A DNA stretch of 64,000 nt. It comes from Bigelowiella natans CCMP2755 (taxonomy: Eukaryota > Protista > Cercozoa). The notes under the pieces are model-generated. The model had not been told where the DNA came from and did not search any database. It saw only the letters and a list, made by a program, of their open reading frames with translations. The position numbers and the translations under genes were made by a program. The stretch is from NCBI GenBank assembly GCA_000320545.1, contig ADNK01001812.1:1-64000 (forward strand). Direction: 5' to 3'. The first letter of the stretch is position 1; each line of letters opens with the position of its first letter. Shown here in pieces: positions 14,093 through 29,888 of the stretch.

Positions 14093-14543
14093 CAAGGAGA
14101 GAGGCAGAGAGGCTATTTAACGGCCAGTAAAACAACTAGACCGGATATCTTTTGTGTTGTACATATAAAGATCGAATTCTCGATGCTTCTATTACTTATG
14201 CAATGCTTTGTAACCTACACAAAAGTGAAGTACCTTCAATGAGGAGGGGAATACGAGCGGTTTTTTCGTCGGAAGTGCCAGTTTTGAAAGCGGGTAGTAT
14301 GGCAAAGCTTTCTCTTCCTTCTCAGAGAGCGCCTCCGGATATTTGCACAACTCTGATATCTTCCAGGGGATTTGCTTTTCCTTGTCGCGGCAATAGCTTA
14401 CACGAGCTTCTTGTCTTCTCTGGGCCTCTTGCTGCTGCTGTTGCTCGGCCTCCTGCTCTGTCACCATCTCCGCACCGAATTCATTGGGCGCATCATTTGC
14501 GCTCCTTCACATTGTGAGCAAGAGAGGGGGGAAAGAGGGGGAA

Positions 14544-14587
<44 letters not shown>

Positions 14588-14654
14588 AGAGAGGGTGCAA
14601 TGCAATCGATTGTAATCAGATTCATACTCATGTCTACGATATTGTATAATACAC

Positions 14655-14693
<39 letters not shown>

Positions 14694-16311
14694 AGTGTGT
14701 GTGTTTGTGTGTGTGTGTGTGTGTGTGAGATCTAATCTGGTGGAAGAGGAAGAGGGAGTGAAGATGGGGGGGGGGGCTCTTATCGAATCGATCCAGATAT
14801 CATATGAAGAGACTATCGTACCCAGCAGCAGCACGCTTTATCGTCTCGAAGTCTCTGGCTGCTTGTGGCGTGGCGAGAAATCCCCTGAACTCTTTGCCGA
14901 TGTCCCGAATCATCTGCTGTAGAGTAACAACTTCCGGGATGCCCTTGTCGACCTGGAACAGGATCTTTTCGCGGAAGACTTTGAGGTTTTTGCCAGCGGA
15001 GCCACCGGCAGTGAATACAGTGAAACCCTATTGCGGAATAGCACAGGACGTTTAGGAGGAACTTAGTTCTCCCGGAGGATTTAGTGCTCTTATGTTTTGT
15101 AATTTTTGGCCTGCTGCATCGATAACCTACGCTGTTGCGAAAGATGTTGCGAAAGATATGGATAGGAAAACATAGCCTACCGTCTCCGTCGTGGCCTTCT
15201 TTTGCCTTTGTGCAGATCTCTTCCTCTTCGTTTCCGGCACGTACTTTCGGAAATGGAAACTGACCGAGGCCAAACCATTGCTCACCGTGTGCCCGCTGAC
15301 GTTGCAGAGGCACATCCCCTCTGGAGCATAGAAGGCGCGAACATCTTCGGGGGATGAATTTCCTCCCAGCCAACCGGACGTCTCACCTGGGATTTCGCGC
15401 ATACAATATGTTAGACGCAAGCCCGCCCCTCCTGACTTCGCGGTGGTTCTATGCTCTCCCATCTAGACATAGCACAGCTGCATCGGGGAGGGCTCGAGAG
15501 GGTTTGGGAGGGACGCAGCAATGCGAATGCATAGAGACAGCAGATCAATATTGCATAATATCCAAGTCTCTTCGTGGAAGGCAAAAACTAGCACCTTTGT
15601 TCGTCGTTAGCTTCACCGAATTCACATACGCCTGATCATTGGCATTCTTCGGTTTGACGGAGCACGCCTCCACGAGGGTAACATACTGCCCTTCCGGGAC
15701 CTTCCAGAGAACCTGCCGGTCCGCATAAAGAACATTTCTTACGACGAGAGTTTCATCTTTAATTCAATCAGGTCAAAATCTTCCTTAACAAGGAATCAAG
15801 TGCGTGGCTTGGGGGGATTTAAAACTGTGATGGATTTGATTCGTGCTTGGGAGCTTTGAGACTAGTAAATACCCCTCGCCTTCACCCCATACATTATCAC
15901 ACACGTTTTCAAAGACTTCCCTCTGAAGCCTACGATCTAACCCTTAGCAAGGAAAGGAAACATATCCTAGCTTCTTGTCGCCCGGCAACGCAAAATCCAC
16001 CAATTGCCATGTCCCATAGCGCAAAACAAAACTTTGTCCCATCGCACATCAAAATGATAAAAACTTGGCATTAAAAGCTATGGCTATACTTTCTCCGCGC
16101 CGCCGTATGAAGGCCCATTCCAAGAGTGTATTGCGCTGTAGAGGAAAACATAAGTCAAAAAATAAGTTTCAAGATGGAATGACCGTCGATCTTCCTTTCC
16201 AAATAACCCACATGGGGAAAGATAAAAGAGGAGACAAAGACGTGGCAGAGAGCGATGCACGCTTTGCTAAAATGAAGAGGGGCGGCAAGGGCAAGGGGAA
16301 GAAGCTTTGGC

Positions 16312-16352
<41 letters not shown>

Positions 16353-16748
16353 GGACGTGGAAAAAAAATGCTTGATCCTTTTGATGGCTCACTACTGTGC
16401 AGGGAAGGCAAGATTTTGATGGGGAAATTACTACCGTGCCTTATGGAAGGACACACCGATGTTATCGACGTAAGTTTGTCTGAATCCGATTTTGATAGCT
16501 GTGAGCGGGTCTGTGGACTTGTAGTCAAACGCCTGAGGGCGAATAGGAAGGAAACAACGATTTTACTCATTTGTGCGTCGTCCAAACGTGTGACCGCAGA
16601 TGTGTTTATTTGTGTGTGTTTTGTGTGAAAGTCTTTTCGTGCGCGGGGTTGTCCAAGTGAAAGTGCAGGCGTGCAAATGTCGTTGAGAAAAATAGGAGAG
16701 GCACACCACACACACACATACACAGATACACGCATGCATATTATATAT

Positions 16749-16797
<49 letters not shown>

Positions 16798-17753
16798 CGT
16801 ATAATATGTGTTTGCGTATTAATACACACTTTTGTATAAAGCAAATACGAACGGCTAACAACGGACGTGGAAACGATTGGAAAGCTACGCAATTCACTAT
16901 GCGATCATGTGCAGCACCTTAGTCCCCTTGCCTCCAATCGGCCCGAATATAATCTTACTTCGCACTTCGTCATCTCCACTGGCCGCTCGGGTGCCAGCGA
17001 CAACGTTTGTTAGTTCCGCAAAAGCCTTCTTGCGCCTTGTAAACAGTTGGGGGATATCTTTAGACATTCGCTCGTATCTCAAACGACTAAGTATTTGCAC
17101 AAATCTCCCTCTTACCTCTCTCACCCCGCCCCACCTCACTCTCTCTCTTTCCCAAAGACGAAAAGACGAATATAGAAGCACATATAAGCGTACACTGTGT
17201 ATGCAAGTAAAACGTCGATAGCAGGTATACAGCACGGTGCGCAGCAAATACCAGATATTGTGGAGATTCTGAATGCAAAGCTGCATGAATTGCAGCTTCT
17301 CCAAAGCCATCGAATTCACGTATAGCCAAGCGGCCACTTTAGTCTGCCAATCTCCTCCTACGACGAGGTAAATACATTTGATTTTCACAAGGAATGCCGA
17401 TACAGCTGACTCCACATTTGTGTCCATTATTCTCCGTACTAACGGGTCATCCAAGATTCGAGTAAACTATAAGGCGCTTGCGCGAGCAACGATTGGAGAG
17501 AATAGAATCTTGGCTCTTGTAATCATATGGTGGTGTATTACCGGGTGACTTAACTTTCGCAAGTTGTTCCTCCATCAGTTTCTTGACCTGGGACAGGGAG
17601 AACACATACCACTTAGCTAAATCGGCTATACTATTAATCGCTATGCTGTCTGGTAAACATGTCTTGCTGCAGAGTTTCATTTCATTATCATAAATAATGA
17701 AGGATATGCAAACACATCCACGCACATACACACACATACACACACACAAATAA

Positions 17754-17794
<41 letters not shown>

Positions 17795-17942
17795 GGATAT
17801 AATATTTACATATCTTTGCATAAATACATTCCACGGTATAATAAAAATCTATAAACCCACCTCTGGAATGACAACGACTTCCAATGTCTGGCCTTTTCCT
17901 GAGCACATAAAAATCATCACACACGCACACACACACACAGAG

Positions 17943-17985
<43 letters not shown>

Positions 17986-18300
17986 CACAATACACGCACA
18001 TACGCATGTGCGCGCTGTATGCCTCCTTACCGATTCCACGCATTCGATACGCGCCCTGCGAGTAGTCACGAAATGTCAGATCTTTTCCCAGCGTAATAGC
18101 AGCCTTAGCACTCAGAGCTTGTTTGATGTCAATGCCGGTAGTATGGACTTGGTCATAGAAAGTAAATCGAGTTCCCGTGCTGCGAAAGGGGCGGTATGAG
18201 GCTGGACACATCTTTTCTACTTATTTATCGGACAGGAGCAACGTGTGCACCAGCAAGAAAAATTTAAAAAACTCATATCTACACCTGTGTGCAGAGAGAA

Positions 18301-18342
<42 letters not shown>

Positions 18343-20729
18343 GCGTGGTTTTGACGTAGTCTCCGTAATACACCCGCGTGTATCCCTCCCTCCTGCCCAT
18401 GGCGTTACCTCAAACCGCACTGCTTGAGAGGGACGGGTTGATCGGCGTCGCGGAGAAGAACCATTTGCCTGTTGGGTCAGAGGGAAGAAGACGAAGAAGT
18501 GAAGTGTCAAGGGAATACGCGCCAAAGTGATATATTCCCACGTGTCGCTGTGAATCGTCCGGTTATGTCCGCATCTACCCTTCACTCTGGCCAGCACCCT
18601 CACACACTGTGCGTTTTTATATTCAGGCCGAGCCACGAATGCCTCACATCTTGTACCGTCGCTGTCTACGTGTGCTGTGGGAATGGGGGTTGTTACCTGT
18701 CGGAGCGATCTAAGTAAACGACGCCCTCCTTGCCATGCAGGCCCACCTGCGAAATAAGAAGCACAGAATCAGCTCAGATATATCAGAAACAACTAGCAGC
18801 CGATGCGGCGAGAAGCTCATCGAAAGAACAACGAATGAGCAGGCCAACCAGAAGCTTTCCTTGCTACCATCACCATCGCCCTCTCCTTTCCCAGCAACGA
18901 GAAATAAAGTCATCGAGCTGCTACCTGTAGCATGTACTTCGCAACTTCCAAATTTGACATCCCAGTGACTAAAGCGCCGGTGTCGATGAGGGCATGGAAT
19001 CCGGGCGCCTTCGCGGTGGCAATGTCCCTCAGGAGAGATTTCACCGTCCACCCGCTGTCTTTGAAGCTGACGCTCATCACGTCAGGGTCGCATAAAACGT
19101 TGATCAGCTTGCCTATATATTATATCGATGTATGTAAAAATACGACATGCGTGCGTGCGTGTGTGTGTGTGTGTGTGTGTGTTGCATCGTGTTGCTAACT
19201 GCACTATTCGCAGAAGAAGTGAAAACATCTCACCATCAGTCCCTTGCTCATAATGACACTGGCCGGCGTCAAGGGGCAATAGCGAGCTTGTCGTTCCAGA
19301 GAAACCTGATAGAGAGCGATCTGTTTAGCTTCGTGACGTGGTGTTGTGGATTTCTTTTGCTTGCATTGGACTTACCTAAACGTGTCTCGAATAAGATGTC
19401 GCCTGCGAGCTCCTGGCCGCTTGCAGAAAGCTTCGTTGTTTGATGGTACATGCAAGCTGGGAACACCTTATGAAACAAAAGTCTTAGTGAGCACAACGTA
19501 TTGCGTGTATGTTGGCTACTTGAGAAGACGCGGTAGAATTGAAGATAGGTATCGTTACAATGGAAGAGGAAGACGCGTGCGTGCGTGCGTACGTGTGTGA
19601 TGTGTGTGTGTGTGTGTGTGTGTGTGCAATATCATAAACATACTTCCGCAGCAATTCCGCCTTTTCAACATATCACATTAAGCATTTCATCAATATAGCT
19701 GCCCCCCCCCCCCCCTCCCCCCACATCATGCTGTACATGCACCTGTGCCGTAAGGAGGTGGGTAATAACGGACGGCAACTTCCGGAGCTTCGTAAACACA
19801 GTTTCCATTTGAATGGGATCCGACGGTTGAAGAAGGGGCAGAGGCACGAGCTTGGCCTCATCGTCATCACCATCAGCATTTGGCATCTGACGGCCCGCCT
19901 TTTGCTTTCCTGCAACTTTATCAATCCACGATTGGAATTTGACTGTTGAAGGCCTCATCTCCTTGGGGCCTGTCTCGAAGAGCAGATCGCGTTTCAGCTG
20001 CGCAACGACAGCCTTGATGTCCTGCATTCGCAAGCCGCTACGGTGGAGAAAACATTGATCAGTTTTGGAGGGCCGGGGGGGAGTGGGGGGCGGTGGGGAA
20101 CGGGAAGTCAGGAAAGGCGAATGAAAGACTCATTTTAGACCCAAGTGTTGCGTGTGTGAGAAGCATCTTCAGTGAGACGGCACATCAAGCCATCAACTCT
20201 GAACGCGCACCACCTGTATCTGTACGCGAGAATCGTGAGCCCGATGAGGACATCTGGGTGGGCGAATTCCGACCCCGCCGAAGGAACGTCCTTCCCCACG
20301 AACGGGATTGCGGTTTTCCAGCGGCTGCCAAGACTCTCCAGGTCACCGCCTCGGCCAAGGTGGGGGATGTCACCTGGAAATAGCAGGCCGTACGACACAC
20401 GATTGATCTTGCTCAGCACGTGCGGCAGGAAGCTGCGGAGCCATTCATTTCCGAGGTTCAGGAGCTGCATTTGCTTGGGTTTGAGTGTTCGCATGAGCTT
20501 AGCCGCTATGGTCATCTCTGCTATGGGGCCATTGAGAATGTAAGCGAGGATGTGTGAGCTGGAAACCCCGTCAAACTTATTCTGAAGGTACCTGGAGAAA
20601 AAAGTGAGGAGTCAGCGCTTGGGCACAGTATATATCGTGTGTGATACGTCTCATCTCCATATCTAAAAATGGATTTGATGACACGTTATTTAGAGAAATA
20701 TGCACGCACGTACGCAATCACAGATACAG

Positions 20730-20769
<40 letters not shown>

Positions 20770-21299
20770 TACATATTATGGCGAGTAACGTTTCTAAACA
20801 CAACTAAATTACTCAAACGAATTCTTTCGTCAAACAATATACTCCAGCTTCACTTGGAGTATGATCGTTGTACCAGAGAACAAGCCATTGCGCCAGAAGC
20901 CTCTTCAGGGTAGAGTGGTAGTACTTTGGTGACAGAAGTACAAGGTGCGGTGTGCTCTGGAAGCTTTTCTCACTGAAACGCACAGTCGTATTCAGCAATT
21001 ATGAGCTAAACATCTTGTTCTTAGAAAAGAAAATAAAATGATCAGTTCTCGAAATGATTTGGGCGTTTTTTATAACAGACTAAATATCTGAATATTCAGC
21101 CAAATAATACTTAAACGTTTCTCACTAAATAATATATCATGGCATCACATTTTATGCACCTTATTCCTTTTTGAATGGCATAGCTGATTTGCTGAGCCAG
21201 TTTTTTCCCGTGCTTACTCTCCGCTACAATAAAAAAAAATCATTCCAAAAAACACACACAAGCAAATAGAAAGACAAATAAACACATTCTACACCAGCA

Positions 21300-21346
<47 letters not shown>

Positions 21347-23120
21347 ACTGCCAAACCTAGAGCGGCGGAAGAGAGAGATCCTGATTTCGCAAAGAAAATC
21401 CCCTCGAGCAAGTGAATAGGTAGGTGCCATCGAGGGCCGAACAAATCAAGTCTCTTCTTTTCACCCACGGGGAAATTGAGCTCCGAGCGCAGAGGATGCA
21501 GCAAAAGGTCCACCTACAGAGTTGATGTGCTGTATTAGAACACGGCTGACAGTGCGAACATCGACTGGATTCAAACGACATAATGATGATTTCTGCTCTC
21601 CGCAACTCGACGAAGCGCCTTCACTTTCCTACCTCGTCCATTATCAAACAGCCTTTCCCCCAAAGAGCTACGATTCGGGAGAGCTGCTCGGCGACCGCAT
21701 AGTTGGTCTCAACTTTAGTTAATAGAGCTCCTCTGGGCTTGGAGCACTTTGCGCAAAAATCCAAGCTCTCTATCATTTTCAGCATGAGCGACTTGACGCT
21801 TTCAGGCGTGGTGCACACCACCCCCCCGTCAACCCGCGCTCCGTCTAATTTAGCTGTGAAGATAAGTAAGATAAAACCATAATGAAAATACGCTGTTACG
21901 AATATTCTGCTCGAGTTAAGGGATCAAACCGAGCTACAAGCACTAAATGGTCTTCAATGAGATTTATAGTTTTTATCGATCCCCTCCCCTCCCCCCCTTG
22001 CCCCCCTCTCTCTAATATCCTCCATATTGAAATAAGATGTACAATTTTGTACCGTAAAGATCGGCTACAATAGCCGGGTAGTCTTCAAAATCGGCTGCCT
22101 TTTTGTCAGCTTTATCCTCCGACTGGGCAATGGAGAAACTCCTCGAGAACTGGAGGGTAAGAATCCGCTTCTTCATCACGTGTGTAAATCGTTCTCGTAG
22201 CAGATCACGCGTCATCGCGAGCAAGGCCTCAGGGCACATAACCGTCACCTTTCCAAAATCAGCCGCCGAGCATAATCAGCACGTAAAGCTACATCGTGTT
22301 TGCTGTGTGATCTAACGCAACGCCCCACGATTAAAGGGATAATAAGAAAATTAAACTGTTAAGAGGATGGATCTGCTTGTAAGTTTATTGAACGACGTGC
22401 GGCGCAATTGTGCTTGTTTGCGTATGCACGCGTGCCTACGTGAAATATAATTGCAAACCGACCAAGCGACTGCGATCTGCCAAGATAAGCGCTAGCATCG
22501 GAGTCACAACAGATGTTTTCCCTGAGCCCATAACCTACCAAGAGCCATATTCGGCAAATCAGAGGAAAACATGTGTTTGGAGACGAATGTCGCATGAGCT
22601 TCCCCACATGCGTTTTCTCCCAGGCAATGCAGAACTTGGCAGCAGCGCACACACGTACACACAGACAAACACACACACACACACACATTAACATAAACGT
22701 AGCATATTCCCAACGCAACACAACACAGCTTGAGAACATCGAAGGAAGACTCACCATCTGCGAGACACAGGCCCGCTTGGCGTCCGCGAAAGATTGTACC
22801 AGCGCCACCTGCCTACTCCAGAGAACCATGTTGAAGACATACTCGAAGAGGAGGAATCTAGGGTCAAATACGCCGCCCGGTTTGATATACGTGCGCTCGC
22901 TCCCCAGCCAGGTCGCCACCTTCGTTGCCGCGCCGTTGAGCTGCTTCTCGACGTCGGAGGGGGAGGACCCAAGCGCCTGACTTCTGCCAAGTTGCACGCC
23001 CTTTAGCATGCGGATGAGCTTTATAGCGGCGGATATAGTTCGGTTGGCTTGGCCAATTCGGTTTGCTCGGAGCATCACCTACATGAAGCAGTAGTAGTAG
23101 TAGTATTATATAGTAGAAGA

Positions 23121-23159
<39 letters not shown>

Positions 23160-24749
23160 GTCATAACAATAGGTATGCCTTATATCTTGCTTTCTTCATA
23201 CTAACGGTAATTGGTTAGAGAAGGCGTGCTAGTGTTATAAGTGGAGACGTGAGCCGGCGAAGAACCCACCGAGAGTGTGACGTTGTTGATGATTTTGTGG
23301 TGTTCTTGGGAAATAAAAGGGTTGGCCTTTTGGAGATCTAGAAGCGCCTGAGAGCTCAGTCGTGACGCCATTAGATACCTGTCATATTGAACATGGTTGA
23401 CACCGCAATACGTGCTCGCTGGCCATGGATATTGCTGTTAAAAAACGCCATTTATGTTTGGTGTTTCCAGGGTTTCACACTTGGAACTACATATCAATAC
23501 GTCGCTTCCCCCCTCCCCCTCTCTCTCTCTCCCTCTCTCTCCCTCTATGTGTGCGCGCGCGTGCGTTGTACGCTTTATCTAATCTCCCCCCGCGCCCAAG
23601 CCTTTTGCTTCCTACTCAAGGTCAATCATGGGCCGGCTCCCACTGATCCGTGCAACGAGAAGCCGCAGCTTTGCATATTCCTCCGAGAACATTCCGCCAG
23701 GTTGCTTCGCATCCAGTTCTGGCACTTTGTTGCTAAGTTTGAGAGCGAAATCCACGGCTTTCGGCAAGACGAACAGGTCCTTGGAGCGGATAACATCGAC
23801 TTTCTGGACAAGGAGTGAAAGCATGGCTATTGCCTTATCGATACCGGGGTCTCGTCGGTTTTTAATATATCGTGCAATGTCAGAGCGCGAAAAATGCGCA
23901 AGTTGGGGCCGTTTTTTAGAGTTCATCTTAGTAGCGTAATCTTTGATATCCGTGCTAAGGCGGGAGAATTATTGTTGCGTATGGGTAAGGAAATGCTTGA
24001 GAGGGTGCGTCTCAGGCGTTCATATTTACTCTATGCGAAAAGACGAATAAATGAAAAACAATTAAAAACGTGTTTTTTCCAAAAATCCGTTGTTGGCTTT
24101 CGCGTTGTTCTGACTGGATTTCAAATCGAAATTGGGAAACTAAACACAGCTGCATCGGAAGAATGGCTAAACGTCGTACCGTAGCCTTGACAACATCGAC
24201 TTGGCGACATGGCTCTTGGCCTCAGGATGATCCGATATGTCAAATCCTAGCTCGCCGGAAACTTTTGCTTCTTCATCCTCTGCTTTCACCATGCTGATAA
24301 ACGATGAGAGACCGACGTCGCGCAAAGGACTGCTAAGAAGGGCTTCTAGATCGGCTTTTGATGTCCCGACATGTGCAGCATCAATAGTCCATGGAAGTAC
24401 ATGGATTCGGTCCCGTTTACCTGGAACATGTAGGCTGAAAATTACTGGCAAATAATCTATTTCTCGAGAATTTTTGTCGCGTCTTACGGTTATTCATTTT
24501 TTCTTATCATAGGAAATGCTGGGCACTTATGCATCGGCAAGTCATTTGAAACTCAATAGTTTCAAGAAGAGATTTTTAATGTGGTGGAGTGCACGCGCAG
24601 AGAAATCATTGATATATGGAACAGTAGATAATCCGGACAAAGAAAGGAAAAGAAAGAGAAAGATAGGGTGAGAAAGAGATCTAAATAGCCAGAAAATGAG
24701 GAAGTGAAGGATAAAGCGAGCGAGAGAGAGAGAGAGAGAGAGAGAAAGG

Positions 24750-24789
<40 letters not shown>

Positions 24790-26371
24790 AAACACAAGGA
24801 GAAATGGAAAAGACGACTCACAGTCATGTAGCTCTGCGGTTGGAACATGGGTATAAGACACTTCGATCGAATCCGTAGTCGGTTTCCTAAAGGCTCTTTT
24901 TCCAAGGATCGCCGTGAAATACAGGTCCAACAAGCTTCCTCCTTTATTCACCAATCGCTCGTAGTGCTGATACAAAGCCAAAATCTTGGGCGCGTTCTCT
25001 CTGTTATTTAACTGCGTATTGGTTTTGAGCAGCGAGGGGATTTTAGCAGCCCAGTCATACGGCGCGGATTTGCCTCTATACGCACAGAGGATGAGATAGT
25101 AAGGAATCGGCGACTTATCGCCTTGACGACTGTCGTTTGCGAACGGAGTAAGGCCGTTCATCGTATGCCGATAATAGAGGAACTTCGTCAAGAGCAACCC
25201 CATCTCCCGCCCCACCTCCTGCAAGCCGTCGTTGCCAGGCCCACCGAGGAAAAGGGGAAACCGCCCTGTCACGAGGTCGTACAGAAAAAAGAAACCTAGG
25301 TTCTTCTTCTGCGCCTGGATATTGTCCATTAACACCTTTTGGCACTCCGCGGTGCCGTTTGTCCCGCTCGTAGTGTCTTTGGGCGGCCTGTACATACTGA
25401 CACATTCCCATATCTTGGCGTGGTACTGACCGTTGCTGTTGTTTAAGTCTGAAGCCCTGTATAAACACAGCAAATGTTATTGCTGACCGTTCTAGGTTAT
25501 CTACTATAAACATGCATGATTGTACGTTACAGAGTCGACAGAGTCGACAGAAGAGCATTTGCCATTAGCAATTTGTTTGTAGAGCAAGCGGAAACCATAT
25601 GAATGCGGCAGCATTACTTCTTGTCCTTGAAGTTGTGTTTTGTGAAAAATTTCTTCGCAGATAGCTCGAAGAGGCGCCAAGGCAGCCCGCCAGGTTTTCC
25701 ACTGCTTCCCCTTACGGTCACTGTCTTGTTCTTGACTTCTGCGCGGGTTTTATGGAAGCTGTTGATATGATTCTGGAGGCTGATCTTAGAGACGCTTGAT
25801 CCAACTGCAGACACAATACGAGCTTCTTGGACGTGACTAACATCCACCAAATAATAATCGTTATGAGCTTATGCTGATATTCGCCGAATTATGCAATATG
25901 TACATATATATGTATATTTATATACATATATATAATTATACGTATTCAGACAGCATTTAAATTCGCCCCAACCTGAAACGGCACTCCGCGCTAACATGGC
26001 CCAGTTTATCAATATAAGAGCCGTATTCAAAGGCGAGATCCCACGGAAGTTTTTCCCCACTAAGAGAAAACGATGAGTAGTGAGCAGCAAGCCGATGAGA
26101 GGGTGTCACGAATGCAAGAGCTATCTTCTAGATAAGGAACATAGAATACGATTTCTAGGCTTTTGAAGATGTGGAAATGCAATACCTGTAAAGAAGCGCC
26201 ATGCTCAGCTTTATTTTGCATGCTTGGGCATCAGGATGTGTGTCGGTAGCGATGGGAAGCCAGAACTGCAAAATGCATCTCTCTGCCGACGATAACGGCA
26301 TATCCGACTCGCAAGCATCGATCAAGGAAAACGCAGCTTTGTAGCTGAGAAGTCGAGTGTGCATAAATATG

Positions 26372-26412
<41 letters not shown>

Positions 26413-27569
26413 ATAAATTTGTGTGCATTTTGACAGACATGGGTGCTGTGTGATGTCGGGCTGAATAATCTATGCTATATGTGTGTATGTATATATGTGT
26501 GTATGTGTGCGTATTGCGCGCGACGTGCCTACGAGCTTGGAGATATACAACACTAAACCGATGATCACACTTATACTCAAACACTGCCTCAAACTTACTT
26601 GCGGTGTAGAGCCTTCATCAATGCCAGGTATAACGTGCTAGCGAGGTTGGGGCACATCAAAAACATACGAGAAACATGCACAGGGTAGATGAAGTAGCGT
26701 TGCGGCATCGACTTCAACCAATGGGGGTCACTTCGATCGATGACTAATTCGCAAGAGAATGGGGCCGACCCCACCTGCAAAGAAAATTAGGAATTATAGC
26801 GCTTTCAGCGATTGACTTTACATCACGCATTATTGCATTGTTGACTCAATGCTTGTAGTGAAATAGAGGGAAAAAATATGTTTTAATAAGGGGGAAAAAA
26901 TGTTTTACTAAGGATATCGAGATAATAAAAGACAACACTTTACCGTAAAGGTTAAAGCAAAAGTAAATCTATCCAAAATTCTATGAGAGGCGCTCGAAGA
27001 TGCATGCCCAATTCGCTCATTAATCGTTTCGCATTTTCAAAAATACTCAAGAATAATAGCAAAAGATATTTGTATACATATAAATATTTTTTAAATAACC
27101 GATGTTTTTGATTGTATAGTTATGTATTTGTATGGCTTATTTTGGTTATCCTACGTAAGGGCGTTGTGGCTCTGCATTGGAAACAAGTACGAATAGTTCC
27201 TAAAATAGAGGTCATGATCAATGAGTATATTTGTTGGAAAATACGTGAAATAATGACTACAAATTCTTCACATCATCAATTCATAAGGTTAGGCTGGACT
27301 CCCCTGTCCTCCCCCCTCCCCCCCAATAGAATAAACGGACCTTTTTGCTGTTTTCTAGCAAGAGGGAGGCCGGCAAACCATCCATCAGCTCTTCAATCTT
27401 CGCATTCCGAAAATCAGAAACGAAGAGCCCAGAATGCTCAATGCTGCGGCGCAGTTCGCACACAAAACACGCAAGTTATTTTCCGACCTAGAACACTATT
27501 ATGCACTTAGTGGTAGTGGTAGATAGCCATGAATGATGACTTCCAGGAGAATATTAGCGAGCATCAAAG

Positions 27570-27622
<53 letters not shown>

Positions 27623-27856
27623 TATTGACATATTTAAATAAACAGATAAGACTTACCTATAAAGAAGCGCTGCGTCTCCATGATCTGGATCGATTTCGGG
27701 ATCGAAGCTCAGCTATTGGCAAGTGAGAGTGCGAAAACAATTTCAATCTATGACGACGATTGTTGAATGCGTTCCCATCACAACAACCCTCGCTCCGGGA
27801 AATACGCAAACATTTTGGATCGCTAGGCCGACAGCATCATCAAAACAAAGACTATG

Positions 27857-27887
<31 letters not shown>

Positions 27888-29318
27888 TATCGCTCAACGT
27901 TAACAACGCATATACCTGGAGGCGCGGCATTTCGATGAGGGTAATCTCCACCATTGCATCTTGCTTTGCGCTCGTGTCCTCCGTCCATACAAGGGTGTAT
28001 CTAAAAGCAAATGCGATTTATGTTTATCGCGCTCGACAACAACTACACTCTATGGAAAGCGTACGAGAGGTCTTCGAGGCGCCCAAGAACATCTGCCAGA
28101 CGCGCCAAAAACGGATCTTTGCTGTTTCGATGCACAAGAGAGACGAGAAGCATTTTCTTGCGAGGGTTATCGAGAGACGTTGCCGTGACCTTCAGATATA
28201 TTGGATGGCAAAGTATGGGGGGTTGTTTCTTTCTCACGAAAACCATTCTCGTATGCTATGTATTTGGGTTATTGACACCTCCCACGCTCAGCCATAAAAA
28301 TCTCTGCGCGAGCGCAAGCACACGTAAAACATCACTTCTATTGAAACTACCAACGAACCTTCTCTTACATGTGACTAATATATATATATATATATATATA
28401 ATAAATAGTGCAAATCATTAATAGAAGGCTCTCTTACCCTTGCAGCGTATTTCGTCCGGTGGGTAAACGTGGCGGAATCGGTATTGTTATCGATCACCAC
28501 CTCGAGCGAGTATTGAAGCGCGCCCAGGGGCACGCCGGTGTTAGCCGCCGTGTGATCGTCCGTTTTTCGCTCACCGTAAAGGCGAATGGAAGAGTTGCCG
28601 CTGTAGCTACCAGCATTGCTGAAGTCCTCCCAGAAAAGGAAGTTATCCACGAGCACGGAGGGCAGCAAGCCCTGCAGCTTCCTGGCGGAGACGAGGCGCT
28701 CTATCGAGGAAAGACTGGGTGAGTGGTGCTTGCGTCTCCGCGGCAGCGAACAAACGCCGCCGCCGCCATTCCCACGCCCGCCCCTCAGAGTGTGTGCCGG
28801 GCGAGAGTGCGTTTGAAACTCGCCAGGTAATTTACCAAAAAACGAGGGATAACGAACATACTCGTTTATGCATATATATATGTAGCGGATTATTTCTACA
28901 AACCTCGCCCTCTTCTCGGCGAGCCTTTGAAGTCCTCCTTTCCATCCTTTGTCCTGAAGATCTCCAGGGACCTCTCCCAGCGGGTTTGCATCTCGTCGTC
29001 CACGAAGCCAGTTTCATATCTGACAAAAACGAATTGTGAGCAGAGTTTGAGCGCGTGCTTTCCCTTCCAATGCCGAATAGTCTACATGATGCAGAACCTG
29101 AAATTTGCTGGCCATTCTCTCTTGCGATCTAAAGAAGGTTCCAAGTTCGGGGGATATAGCTGCTTCGTGCACTGTAGCGGAGTGAGGTCGCAGAGGGAAA
29201 CTTGAGAGCGGGAAGAATAGATTTGCCGTCGGAAGAATCGGCGGCCATTCTCGCTGAGTGCCCACACCTTATATAAAGATATATCTTTTCGATTTCGAGG
29301 CTCGTAGTGAATTCAATA

Positions 29319-29357
<39 letters not shown>

Positions 29358-29842
29358 TGTATCGTATATTCTTACATTTTGACGATAGAAAGGGGTAAGA
29401 CTAGGAAACGTCCCAACCAGATAAGCAGATCTCTAGTAGGGATATTATCGTCTGTCACCTGTACGAGCTTGTGCTTCCAAACGAATATCTGAACGGTCAA
29501 GGTGGAAATAAATACGTGTTACTTTGATGGACATAGGAGGAGGGGGTTGGGAACCTGCGCTGCGCTCAATTTCTCCCACATCAACAAACACCGATCGTAC
29601 TTCCTACCTCTTTGAAACATCCCGGGTCGCTTCCCTCCAGGTACCCGTCGCGGTAGAAGAATGAAATCATCGTCGCATCAGGCCGAGCGATAGTGATCGG
29701 AGCGAAGATCTTTGCAATTGCTGTCTTGGGATATACTTCACGAAGAATGGGCATTATGATGGCCCCCGCCCACCGTTCACTGGAAGCGAGTTGACTGATT
29801 GGCCGAGTGTATGTAATGCCTGTTTGGTATATATTCTTATAA

Positions 29843-29888
<46 letters not shown>

